From an uncultured Alphaproteobacteria bacterium (GTDB lineage: Bacteria; Pseudomonadota; Alphaproteobacteria; Acetobacterales; Acetobacteraceae): DNA of 64,000 nt. Both the position numbers and the translations under genes were made by a program. The notes below the pieces were generated by a model. It was not told the DNA's origin, ran no database searches, and saw only the letters and a program-made list of their open reading frames with translations. The stretch is taken from positions 3,430-67,429 of the forward strand of contig CAVYXX010000068.1 in assembly GCA_963772355.1 (NCBI GenBank), given 5' to 3'. Positions 42,539 through 52,708 of this stretch are shown in pieces (positions within the stretch are counted from its first letter, which is position 1; each line of letters starts with the position of its first letter).

Positions 42539-44155
42539 CCAAAACCTGCGTGATGGTGGTGGAAGATGAGCGCATCGTTGCGCTCAATCTGGAGCGGCGC
42601 CTGACAAAGCTCGGGTATGAGATTTCGTCCCTCGCGACGTCCGGCAGCCAGGCTCTGCAAGCAATCGAACGCGACAAGCCCGATGTTGTTCTTATGGACG
42701 TCAATATCGAAGGTGAAATCGACGGGATCGAAACGGCGTCCCGTATCCCAAACGCATACAATATCCCGGTGATTTACCTAACCGCATATTCTGAAGAAGC
42801 CACGCTACAGCGGGCGCGTGGCACTCGACCGTACGGCTTCCTGCTCAAGCCAATCTCCGAACGTGAGCTGCACGCGACCATTCAAATGGTGCTGGAACGA
42901 CGTCGCGCCGATACCCTCGTGCGGGAAAGCGAACAACGGCAAGAGGCACTCGTTCAGCAACGCACGGCAGAACTCAGGGAGCAGATTGCCGAACGGGCCA
43001 AGGCCGAGGACGCTCTGCGGCAGGTGCAAAAGATGGAGGCGATCGGCCAGCTCACGGGAGGGATCGCCCATGATTTTAATAATATGCTTCAAGTTATTCT
43101 GGGATCTCTGGCTCTTCTGCAAAAGAACCTCAGGCTTGGTCGCTGCCAGGATGTCGATCGGTTTATCGACAGCGCGATAGGATCAGCCAACCGGGCGGCG
43201 GGACTGACGCAGCGTTTGCTGGCGTTCTCACGCCGCCAGCAACTCAGCCCCACTGTGGTTGACGCGAATCACTTAATCGAAACGATGGCCGACATGGTTC
43301 GTCAAACGGTGGGCGAAACCATCGCGGTCAATATGTTCCCCGCGACGGCGCTTTGGGCGATCCGCTGCGATATCAATCAGCTCGAAAGTACCAATCCTGA
43401 ATTTGGTCATCAACGCGCGGGATGCGATGCCAGAGGGTGGACGGCTTACGATCGAAACCAAGAATACCAGCCTTGATGTCGGGCGGGCGGCACAAATGGA
43501 TCTCCCGTCCGGAAACTATGTTTGTATATCCGTCTCGGATACCGGAACGGGGATGACGCCGGACGTCCTCGCACAGGCCTTCGACCCCTTCTTCACCACC
43601 AAGCCAATCGGGGCAGGAACCGGCCTGGGTTTATCGATGATCTATGGTTTCACTCGTCAGTCAGAGGGCCATGCGAAAATCGATAGCGAGATTGATCATG
43701 GGACGACCGTTAAAGTCTATTTGCCCCGTTTTGAAGGCGCGCAGCCGACGGTGAAAGTTGAAGATCTCGACGAGACCGCCCCGATTTTCGACGGGGAAAC
43801 CATTCTGGTGGTCGAAGACGACGCGGTCGTGCGATCGTTGGTCGTCGAAGTCCTGCAGACCCTAGGCTATTCCGCTCTTGAAGCAGCGGACGGCCCATCA
43901 GGATTGGCCATATTACAATCCAGTCAGCGTATAGATCTCCTGATCACAGACATAGGCTTACCAGGATTGAATGGCCGCCAGTTAGCCGACGGCGCTCGGG
44001 CGCGTCGAGCCAGCCTAAAAATCTTGTTTATGACCGGTTATGCCGAAAGCGTCGCGACGGCAAATGGATTTCTGGAACCAGGGATGGAACTGATCACCAA
44101 GCCGTTCGCTATGGACGCGCTAACGACCCGGGTCAGGAAGATGATCAAAGACTGA
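42535..44155 (+). CDS. Hybrid REC-histidine kinase-REC protein (frameshift near 43392)
   Basis: N-terminal REC (VEDE..LMDVN..YLTAY..KP), GIAHDFNN, NARDAM, FDPFFTTK, GTGLGL, C-terminal REC (VEDD..ITDIGLP..KPF). Confidence 0.88.
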
Positions 44156-44299
44156 CTCGGTCCGTGGCCTGCGCTTGTCCGAGGTCACGGATCTCCTCCT
44201 GGCGCTTGGAGCGGTAGGCCGCCAGAGTTCCAACCCTCCGTCGCCTCCTGAGGCGCCGTCATAGCTGCACAGCTATCGACCCGCCCGCAGCACCCCACG

Positions 44300-44520
44300 A
44301 TCGGTTCCACACCACTGCACCCTCAGGGAGATCGTGGAATCCACCCCCGGCGGCGCTCGCGCAGCCGTTTCACGATCGGCGCAGCCCGTCCACCGTAAGC
44401 CAGCCGCCGTGCCATCCGGGTCCGATCCGGATTGTCCGCTCCAGCGCAGGCTCGACGCCGTCGCCGAATCAAAGCGGGATCGCGCTGACCGGCATCGGGA
44501 TCATCGTCATCCCCTCGCGG
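44300..44520 (-). pseudogene. Probable LLM oxidoreductase scrap
   Basis: IPL-stop-FGDGVEPALERTIRIGPGWHGG and frameshifted AAPIVKRLRERR. Confidence 0.35.
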
Positions 44521-44658
44521 ATCCTCCGCTGTTTGTGCTCGTGAGGAGCAAAATCGGATGAAAAAAATCTCGACGGTTAGTCTCGAATTGCACACTTGAG
44601 TATTCAAGTAATGACTTTTTCCAAAAGCGCCATGTTGAATACAAAAAGCGAACGTTCT

Positions 44659-44674
44659 TTAATCGTTCTTTAAC
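44659..44674 (+). promoter_or_regulatory. Perfect CtrA-type box TTAA-N7-TTAAC within repeat copy 2 (44651-44725)
   Basis: TTAA TCGTTCT TTAAC, 43 bp upstream of the GTG at 44718. Confidence 0.65.
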
Positions 44675-44717
44675 GATTCGGTTCTATCACGGCGTCACTT
44701 TTGGAGGTGAAGCTGCC

Positions 44718-45596
44718 GTGACAACTGAAACTCACCTGCATCATCTGCAAGACACCGAAAACAATAGTCTGTTCGTACAAATCGACTACTCCGACGCCGA
44801 CTGTACTGATGACAGCTATGCACAAGCCCCAGCGACGAACTTTGCGTCAAGTGCGGCCGCCGCGCGGGTGGCGGCGGTGCCGATCCCGACGCAAACTCTC
44901 TACCTGACCGAGCCCGGAACGACGAGCCCCATCAGTGTCTCCGACATCAATCAGGGACAACTCGGCGACTGCTTTCTGCTGTCGTCGTTTGGCGAGGAAG
45001 CCCTGTTCCACCCGAGCGCGATCACCAACATGATCCATAATAATGGCAACGGCACGGAAACGGTGACACTCTACACCGCCAACAACGGCAGGCTGCCGAC
45101 CTTCACCACGACCAGCTTCAAGGCCACCACGGTGACCGTCACCAACGTTTTTTCGAGTGAGTCCGTCAACAACGCCGCGAAACGGGACGTTGTCGGCAAC
45201 CAGAAGGAGATCTGGCCGCAGGTGCTGGAGAAGGCGGTCGCAACGCTCGATGGTGGCTACAACGCCATCGCCAACGGCGGCGATCCCTTGGTTGCGATGG
45301 AGGAACTGACAGGCCAAGCGACAAGCTACACGACTCCCGCCAGCCTGACCCTCGCGACGCTGCAGAAATATGTCGCGGCGGGCGATTTGATTGTGATGGA
45401 CACGTCGTCAAACTGGCGTCTGCCATACGGCCTCGTCAGCGATCACGCCTATATGTTTGACAAGCTGACGGGCACCGGTAGTTCGGCCGCCATTCAGTTG
45501 CTCAACCCTTGGGGCACCGATCAGCCCGCCGCGATTCCGCTGACGAGGCTCGCCTCGAGCGGCATTGTCGAGATCGATATTGGGCATACAAGTTGA
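44718..45596 (+). CDS. Calpain-like C2 cysteine protease catalytic domain protein
   Basis: DINQGQLGDCFLLSS (Gln/Cys), WPQVLEKA, GGY.AI..GG, DHAY (His), LLNPWG (Asn); GGAGG RBS. Confidence 0.85.
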   Translation: MTTETHLHHLQDTENNSLFVQIDYSDADCTDDSYAQAPATNFASSAAAARVAAVPIPTQTLYLTEPGTTSPISVSDINQGQLGDCFLLSSFGEEALFHPSAITNMIHNNGNGTETVTLYTANNGRLPTFTTTSFKATTVTVTNVFSSESVNNAAKRDVVGNQKEIWPQVLEKAVATLDGGYNAIANGGDPLVAMEELTGQATSYTTPASLTLATLQKYVAAGDLIVMDTSSNWRLPYGLVSDHAYMFDKLTGTGSSAAIQLLNPWGTDQPAAIPLTRLASSGIVEIDIGHTS

Positions 45597-45631
45597 TGAG
45601 GAAGCGAGGTGCGCTTGTGGCCGAGCGCTCG

Positions 45632-46966
45632 CTACTTCTTCGCTCGTAACTCCGCCCAGAATTCCAGCCGCCGGGAGATCTCGCGTTCAAACCCGCGGTC
45701 CTTCGGTTGGTAGAACGCCACCCGATCCATGCCCTCCGGAAAGTAATTCTGCCCGGAAAACGCGTCTTCGGCGGAATGGTCGTATTCGTAGCCCGCGCCG
45801 TAGCCTAGTTGCTTCATCAGCTTCGTCGGCGCGTTGAGGATATGCGCCGGCGGCATCAGACTGCCGGTATTCTTGGCCGCTGCCTTCGCCTGACCGAACG
45901 CCGTATACACCGCGTTCGATTTCGGCGCCGTGCCCAGATAAACCACAACCTGGGCGATCGCCAGTTCTCCCTCCGGCGAGCCGAGGCGTTCATATGTCTC
46001 CCACCCAGCCAGCGCCTGAGGCAGGGCGTTGGGGTCGGCCATACCGATGTCCTCGGCGGCAAAGCGGACCAGCCGGCGGGCGATGTAGCGAGGGTCTTCA
46101 CCGCCGTTCAGCATCCGTGCGAACCAGTACAAAGCAGCGTCAGGGTCCGATCCGCGCAGTGATTTATGCAGCGCTGAGATCAGGTTGTAGTGTTCTTCGC
46201 GGTCCTTGTCGTAGAGCGCCGCGCGCCGCGACAGCAGCTCCGACAACGCAGTAGTATCCATCGGCGCCGTGTCGGCCGGCAGGGCGGCAATCTGCTCGGC
46301 CATGTTCAGCAGATAGCGGCCGTCGCCGTCGGCCATGGCGCGCAAGGTGCCACGCGCCTCGTCGGTGATCGGCAATTCTCGGCCGATTTCCGCCTCCGCC
46401 CGAGCCAGCAGGCGCTCCAACGCCGGGTCGTCCAGGCGGCGGAGGACCAACACCTGGCAGCGCGACAACAGGGCGCCGTTCAGGGCGAAGGACGGATTCT
46501 CGGTCGTGGCCCCGATCAAGGTGACGGTGCCGTTCTCCACCACCGGCAAAAACCCATCCTGCTGCGCGCGGTTGAAGCGATGGATCTCATCCACGAACAG
46601 CAGCGTCCCCTGGCCGGCACGGCGCCGCTTGGTGGCATCGTCGAACGCGCGCTTCAGATCGGCCACCCCCGAGAACACCGCGGACAACTGCACGAACGCC
46701 AGCTTGGCTCTGGCAGCAAGCAGCCGGGCGATCGTGGTCTTGCCGACGCCGGGCGGTCCCCACAGGATCAGCGACGCCAGCGAACCGCGCTCCAGCATCC
46801 GGATCAGCGAGCCCTCGGTAGCGAGGAGATGATCCTGGCCGACGATCTCGGACAGCGTGGCGGGGCGCAGCCGGTCCGCCAGCGGGCGGTTGGTGTCGGG
46901 TTCGCGCGACGCCGCCGGCTCCGGGGCGCCGAACAGGTCATCGGGTAATGTCTCGGGTTGTGGCAC
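45632..46966 (-). CDS. rarA: Replication-associated recombination protein A
   Basis: PLADRLRP, GPPGVGKTT, DEIHRFNRAQQD, ATTENPSF, ISALHKSLRGSDPD, EDIGMADP. Confidence 0.96.
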   Translation of the reverse strand: MPQPETLPDDLFGAPEPAASREPDTNRPLADRLRPATLSEIVGQDHLLATEGSLIRMLERGSLASLILWGPPGVGKTTIARLLAARAKLAFVQLSAVFSGVADLKRAFDDATKRRRAGQGTLLFVDEIHRFNRAQQDGFLPVVENGTVTLIGATTENPSFALNGALLSRCQVLVLRRLDDPALERLLARAEAEIGRELPITDEARGTLRAMADGDGRYLLNMAEQIAALPADTAPMDTTALSELLSRRAALYDKDREEHYNLISALHKSLRGSDPDAALYWFARMLNGGEDPRYIARRLVRFAAEDIGMADPNALPQALAGWETYERLGSPEGELAIAQVVVYLGTAPKSNAVYTAFGQAKAAAKNTGSLMPPAHILNAPTKLMKQLGYGAGYEYDHSAEDAFSGQNYFPEGMDRVAFYQPKDRGFEREISRRLEFWAELRAKK

Positions 46967-47120
46967 GAATAGAGTATAGCGAGCAGGGCGAACGGCGGCG
47001 ATACCGCGCGCCATCGGCTTGGCGACTAACCAGGAACTGCTCGACAAACGCACTGAAAACGCAAACCATGCGGCGCAGGGGAAGGGGGACCGGAATGCGC
47101 GTCTTCGGCAGCGTCTGCTC

Positions 47121-48092
47121 ATGACGCGCGTGCGGCGGATCGCTATCGCCACCGCGGCGATCGCGGCTCTATTCGTGGCGTATGAAATCGCGACTTCATT
47201 CATCGCCTATACCGACGACGCTTACGTGCGCTCGGACTTGGTCGCGGTTGCGCCGCAGGTGAGCGGGCGGATCATCACGGTCAACGTGTCGGACAACCAG
47301 ACCGTGGCGGAGAAAGACCTGCTGGCAACCATTGATCCCGTGCCGTTCGAGCTTGTCGTTGCCCAGCGCCGCGCAGAAGTTGAAGAGGCTAAGGCGCAGG
47401 TTGCGGCGGACCAGGAGACGATTACCTCGGCGCAAGCGACGCTGAGTTCCGCGGTTGCGGCGGCGACATATGCCAATCAAACGCATACCAGGGTGGCCGT
47501 GTTGGCGAGGGCGGAGGATGCGCCTCGTGCCGAGCTGCAAAAAGCGGTGGATGAGCAGCAGCGGGCCGACGCAGACGTGGATTCGGCCAAGGCCGAGGTC
47601 GGGCGCGCTCAGGCGACGGCAGCGATGCACCGGGCGGCGCAGGAGCGGGCCGCGGCCGCGCTGGGCACCGCCGAGTGGCAACTGGGACGCACCAAAATGC
47701 TCGCGCCGGTGGATGGAACAATCAACAATCTGACCGTGCGGCCGGGCGATACAGCGCAGACCGATGTGCCGCTGATCGGGATTGTCGATGCGCACGCCTG
47801 GCGAATCATGGCCAACTTCAAGCAGAGCTTTGTCGACCAATTCAGCGATGACAGCATGGCCTGGGTGTGGCTGGACAGCAAACCGTGGCAGCTGCACCGC
47901 GCACGTGTCGCCGGCGTTGCCCGCGGGATCAGCCGCGATCCGAATCCCGGTCGCTTGTTGCCCTATGTTGCACCGACGACCGACTGGATCCGGCTGCAAC
48001 GGCGGATTCCCGTGACGCTGACACTGGTCGATCCGCCCCCGGACCTGAAACTCTATATGGGCGCGGATGCCAGGGTGCTGATTCTGCCATGA
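47121..48092 (+). CDS. HlyD-family membrane fusion protein
   Basis: YTDDAYV, VAPQVSG, APVDGTINN, WIRLQRRIPV; start uncertain (47019 or 47121). Confidence 0.88.
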   Translation: MTRVRRIAIATAAIAALFVAYEIATSFIAYTDDAYVRSDLVAVAPQVSGRIITVNVSDNQTVAEKDLLATIDPVPFELVVAQRRAEVEEAKAQVAADQETITSAQATLSSAVAAATYANQTHTRVAVLARAEDAPRAELQKAVDEQQRADADVDSAKAEVGRAQATAAMHRAAQERAAAALGTAEWQLGRTKMLAPVDGTINNLTVRPGDTAQTDVPLIGIVDAHAWRIMANFKQSFVDQFSDDSMAWVWLDSKPWQLHRARVAGVARGISRDPNPGRLLPYVAPTTDWIRLQRRIPVTLTLVDPPPDLKLYMGADARVLILP

Positions 48093-48122
48093 ACGGCGCC
48101 CTACCATGAGCGGCGCCCCATT

Positions 48123-49283
48123 ATGAGCAGCGTTGGACCGGCGCTGCGTGTGGTCTGGGACGCAGCGGTCGGCTTGCGTCACGAGTTGGCCGAGATGCGG
48201 CTGGGTGGCGAGCGAGGCGGCCGCTGTGCTACCACCTCGCTGGCCGTGGCATTGGCAACCGCGGTGGCCCTGGCTGTGCATGTCGAGGAAACCTGGTGGG
48301 CCGCGATCAGCGGCTTCATGTGCTCGCAGGCGACCGCACCGGCGTCGCTCCAGAAGGGCGTTCTGCGCATCGTGGGCACGCTCGGCGGTGCCGGCCTGGC
48401 GTTGCTGCTGAGCCCGTGGTTGAAGCAGGATGCGATCGGTCTGAGCCTGGCGCTGTTTGCGGTCAGCGTTACCGGCGTTGTGGGCCTTCTGGTTAGCGAG
48501 CACGGGTACGCTTGGCTGCTGGGCGCGATCACCGCTGACATGGTGCTAATGGCGCTGCTGAGCGATCCGGGCTCGGCTATAGATGTGGCTGAGAGCCGCA
48601 CAGGCGAGGTGATCGTAGGCACGATTTCAGCGATGCTGGTGGCGGTGCTGGTGGGAGCAGGTGCGGCTGCGACACCGGCTGCGAAAACGCCAGGCTGGTC
48701 CGATCTGCTGGGCGCGCAATGGCCGGCGACTCGGCACGCAATACGGGCGGGGCTGGCGGTGATGCTGATCCCCGTGGTGTGGCGCCTGCTGGACCTGCCC
48801 AGCCTGTCGCAGATGGCAATTACCGTGACGGCGATCATGGCCGTGCCGTCGGTGTCCAACGACCCCAAGATCGATCAGCAGCTTTTGGTCGAGCGCGCAA
48901 TGCAGCGGCTGTTTGGGTGCCTGTTCGGCGGTGTGGCTGGGCTTCTTTGCCTGGCCGTTTCAGTCGAGAGTTTCCTGCCCTGGATGCTGACGCTGACGGT
49001 GGGCGTCTGGGTGTGCGCGCATGTGCAGGCCAGCCAGCGCGGCATCGGCTATGTGGGAACGCAAGCGGCTATGGTGTTCATTTCCACTTTGGTGCAGGGC
49101 AATGGCCCACCCTTGAGCATCCTGCCAGGCATCGAGCGATTTGCCGGAATCATGGGCGGCCTACTGATCCTGCTGGTTCTGCTGCTGCTGACAGCACCTA
49201 GCACCGGTCCCCCCGGGGTCGCGACCCGTCGATTGTCGGCGCAAGGCGCCGATGATCGGGTTCCGGCGGCTGATGGCGGCTAA
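48123..49283 (+). CDS. FUSC-family (fusaric acid resistance-like) membrane protein
   Basis: WWAAIS, KGVLRIVGTLGGA, YAWLL, RAMQRLFGC; downstream of HlyD. Confidence 0.82.
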   Translation: MSSVGPALRVVWDAAVGLRHELAEMRLGGERGGRCATTSLAVALATAVALAVHVEETWWAAISGFMCSQATAPASLQKGVLRIVGTLGGAGLALLLSPWLKQDAIGLSLALFAVSVTGVVGLLVSEHGYAWLLGAITADMVLMALLSDPGSAIDVAESRTGEVIVGTISAMLVAVLVGAGAAATPAAKTPGWSDLLGAQWPATRHAIRAGLAVMLIPVVWRLLDLPSLSQMAITVTAIMAVPSVSNDPKIDQQLLVERAMQRLFGCLFGGVAGLLCLAVSVESFLPWMLTLTVGVWVCAHVQASQRGIGYVGTQAAMVFISTLVQGNGPPLSILPGIERFAGIMGGLLILLVLLLLTAPSTGPPGVATRRLSAQGADDRVPAADGG

Positions 49284-49442
49284 GACGTCAGGTTTTGGCT
49301 CTTCCAGTCATCGTCGCAACCGCGCCACATCGCACGCTTGCCGGACCGTGCTGAGGTGATCTTCGCAACTGGTTTGGATCCCGGACAACACTGACGGAAT
49401 GCGCGTCCCCGGGGCGGTCTGAAATGCGGAGACAGTGACATC

Positions 49443-50918
49443 ATGGCCGACAATCGTAACCACACAACCGACAAGGGTCTGAAGAAAAACGCCCTGTCCT
49501 ATCTGTCGAATATCACCATCGCGCTTGCCTCGACTTCACCGGCCTACAGCATCGCCGCCACGCTCGGCCCGATCGTCGGTCTCGCGGCTTTCGGCACACC
49601 GAGCATCATGATCGTGGCGTTCATTCCGATGCTGTTCATCGCGGTGGCCTGCTATCACATGAACCGAGCCGATCCCGACTGCGGAACGACGTTTTCGTGG
49701 GTCACCCGATCCATGGGACCGCGCGCGGGCTGGATGGGCGGCTGGAGCATCATCGTGACGAACATCCTGGTGATGCCCAGCCTGGCTGACATCTCCGGCA
49801 AATACACGTTCCGGCTGTTTGGCGTTACCGACCCGGCCGCGCTTGATATCGGGATTGCCGGCGCCGCCTGGATCGTGATCCTGACCGCTATTTGCTACCT
49901 CGGCATCGCGCTGTCCGCGCGCACGCAGCAAATCCTGCTGGGCGCCGAACTGGTGATCCTGGTGGTGTTCGCCGCTGTAGCCCTGGCGCAGGTTTACGCG
50001 GCATCGCCACCCGCGGGCTCCGCACCCGTCTCGTTAAACTGGTTCAACCCGTTTCACATCGGCGACTTCAGCAAGTTTACCGAGGCCATGGTGCTCGCGG
50101 TCTTCATATACTGGGGCTGGGACAGTTGTATCTCGGTTAACGAGGAGACGCAGGATCCACGAACGGTTCCGGGCAACGCGGCGGTGGTTTCCACGATCAT
50201 TTTGGTCGGCCTTTATGCCCTTGTCGCGGCCGCGGCGGTCGCAGTCGCCGGTACCGAGCTACTGACACAAAACGCTGACGACGTCCTCGCCCCGCTCGGG
50301 CAGAGCGTCCTTGGCCCGTCGCTGGGCAAAGTTCTTGTCCTGGCGGTTTTGACGTCCGCGCTCGCATCAACCCAGACATCGATCCTTCCGGCCGCCCGCA
50401 TGGTCCTGTCGATGGCGCACGCGGGCGCTATTCCCCGCGTCTTCGGCAAAATCCATCCACACCATCTCACTCCCGGCTTCGCGACGGTGACGATGGGCGT
50501 CGTCTCGATCATTTGGTACGTTGGGTTGACAGTTCTGTCCGCCGACGTGCTGACGGATTCGATTACCGCACTCGGGCTTGTCATCGCGCTGTACTATGGG
50601 CTGACTGGATCCGCCTGTGTGATCTTTTACCGCCGGGAGATATTCAGAAGCGTAGACAACTTCATCTCAATGGGCGTGCTGCCGGCCACAGGCGCGATCA
50701 TTATGTTTGTGCTGCTGATCAAAGCTTGTTTTGCCCCGGGGGAGGCGACGACCAGTCGCCTCTCGGTCTTTGGCGTCGGCGGGCCGGTAATTATCGCTGC
50801 GGCCGCGGTCGCGACGGGCCTCCTGCTGATGCTCTTTGCGCAGCACGGCACGCCGGATTTTTTCCGCCGCAAGCCAGAGGTATTCGCGGGCGACCGGAGC
50901 ATGGTCGCCGACAAATGA
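49443..50918 (+). CDS. APC-family amino acid/polyamine permease
   Basis: ASTSPAYS, DPDCGTTFSW, FIYWGWD..NEET; about 12 TM segments. Confidence 0.9.
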   Translation: MADNRNHTTDKGLKKNALSYLSNITIALASTSPAYSIAATLGPIVGLAAFGTPSIMIVAFIPMLFIAVACYHMNRADPDCGTTFSWVTRSMGPRAGWMGGWSIIVTNILVMPSLADISGKYTFRLFGVTDPAALDIGIAGAAWIVILTAICYLGIALSARTQQILLGAELVILVVFAAVALAQVYAASPPAGSAPVSLNWFNPFHIGDFSKFTEAMVLAVFIYWGWDSCISVNEETQDPRTVPGNAAVVSTIILVGLYALVAAAAVAVAGTELLTQNADDVLAPLGQSVLGPSLGKVLVLAVLTSALASTQTSILPAARMVLSMAHAGAIPRVFGKIHPHHLTPGFATVTMGVVSIIWYVGLTVLSADVLTDSITALGLVIALYYGLTGSACVIFYRREIFRSVDNFISMGVLPATGAIIMFVLLIKACFAPGEATTSRLSVFGVGGPVIIAAAAVATGLLLMLFAQHGTPDFFRRKPEVFAGDRSMVADK

Positions 50919-50941
50919 TAGGGCTTTACTCTCCGGGCAAC

Positions 50942-51809
50942 CTACGCCACCGGCACCAATGAAAGCCGCAGCAATCCTACCCTGCCCGAGTGAAAACCAA
51001 ACGCCGACAGCCGCAGATAGGCCTCGTATTGTCGTACCTTCTCCTCGCCGACGATCGCTACTGCCTCAGTTCTGCGGCGGCGCAGATTCTGATACCATAC
51101 GTCGCATGTTCGGGCGTAATGCGCACGATCATTCCGAAGCAATTTGAACTCGAACAGGCCACTGGCTGCTTCCAACAATTCATGCGCTTGCGGAAGTTCT
51201 GAGTCCGGAAAGATATGGGTGCTGATAAAGGCGTTGTTCTCGTCCGGGCGCATAGTACCATAAGCGATCGTCTGCAACGACATCGCCCCGCCAAGCGTCA
51301 GCCATGATCGGCACCTGGAAAAAAACTCTTTGTAGAGGCCAATCTTTTGCTGCGGGCTGTCACCCGGGCTGGCAAAATGCTCCAGCGCTCCGATAGAAAC
51401 GATCGAGTTCATATTTTTGCGTCGGAACGTGGTCAATCCAGCTCTCTTTACGAACGTCAATACGTGCGTCGCCGCGCGCCCGGATATACTGCAATTGTGC
51501 GTCGCTCAGCGTTAGGCCGGTCGCGGTCTCTATCCCCTGATGCCCCAATGCCCGATCCAACAAACTCCCCCAGCCACAGCCGATGTCGAGGATTTGCCGC
51601 GCTCGCGATGCACTGGAGGCGGCCAAATGGAAATCAAGCTTCCGCCGCTGCGCCTCGTCCAGACCTTCGAGGTTATCATCGTCGTTCCACAACGCGCACG
51701 AATACGTCAGGCTCGGATCCAGCCACAGAGCATAGAACTCATTGCTGACGTCGTAATGATGTCGGATGGCGGCTTCGCTTCCACCGCGTTTGACTGAACC
51801 GTTATCCAT
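50942..51809 (-). CDS. cfa: Cyclopropane-fatty-acyl-phospholipid synthase family methyltransferase (frameshift near 51408)
   Basis: IRHHYDVSNEFY.LWLD..TYSCA, LDIGCGWG, SIGALEH, IFP, HYART. Confidence 0.85.
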
Positions 51810-51871
51810 GTCTTTGCCGGTTGTTCCTTGTTGAATGGGCGAAAGACCGCGATCCGCGACGGCCCTCCGGC

Positions 51872-52637
51872 TCAGATCTCCGGCGGTTCACCGGGGATTG
51901 GGACTTTACCCAACCCGATTATCAGCTCCGTCACCTCGGCAATTGCTTTCTCCGCCGCATTTCCGTCCGGTCCCTTGGCGACCAACGCCACTCCGTTGCC
52001 GCTGGCCCGATAGAAAGGGTAGCTGCCGAGGTCCAGATCGGGGTACCGTTTTTGTATCGAACCCAGACCCTCCGCGATGATCCCCTCAGGCAGGCCCACC
52101 ACATGCACGGCGCGCATCTCAATTTTCGCGCCACCTTCCAATCGCGGTGCAAGCCATTCGAACATCGACTGCATGACGCGCGGCACGCCGGCCATCACAT
52201 AGACATTCTCCATCTGAAATCCGGGAGCCACGCTGATGGAATTCTCGATCAGCTTCGCGCCGCGCGGCATTGTCGCCATGCGTTGACGGGCAGAGTTGAA
52301 CTCGCCCGGTTTGTAGCTTGCCTCCATCCGAGGCCATGCGACCGGGTGCGGCTCCCACGGCACGCCGAACGCCGCGGCGACGCATTCGCTGGTGATGTCA
52401 TCATGAGTTCGGGCCGATCCCGCCGGTGGTGAATACGTAATCGAACGCTTTGCGCACCTCGTTCACGGTAGCGACGATCGTCTCTTGTATGTCGGGAATG
52501 ACCCTGACTTCCCGAAGCGGGATCCCCAGCTCGCCCAATCCGGTCGCCAGGAACTGGATGTTCGCATCCCGAGTCCGGCCGGACAGCACCTCGTTGCCGA
52601 TCACCAGCAGACAGGCGGTAGGATTTTTCGTCGGCAT
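51872..52637 (-). CDS. CinA-like molybdopterin-binding domain protein (frameshift near 52408)
   Basis: IGNEVLSGRTRDAN, TTGGIGP(T)HDDIT, MAGVP, GSYP. Confidence 0.88.
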
Positions 52638-52708
52638 GGTCGAGTTCCCTAGAGCGTGATCGCCTGAGGCCGACACCCGAAGTGTGGGCAACCTCACACC
52701 ATCATGGT

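Noticed and set aside
41656-43476. 606-aa PAS-HK-REC-HK fusion in the ORF track
   Set aside because: Produced by an extra G near 42505; removing it gives a normal kinase end and an ATGA overlap at 42535-42538.
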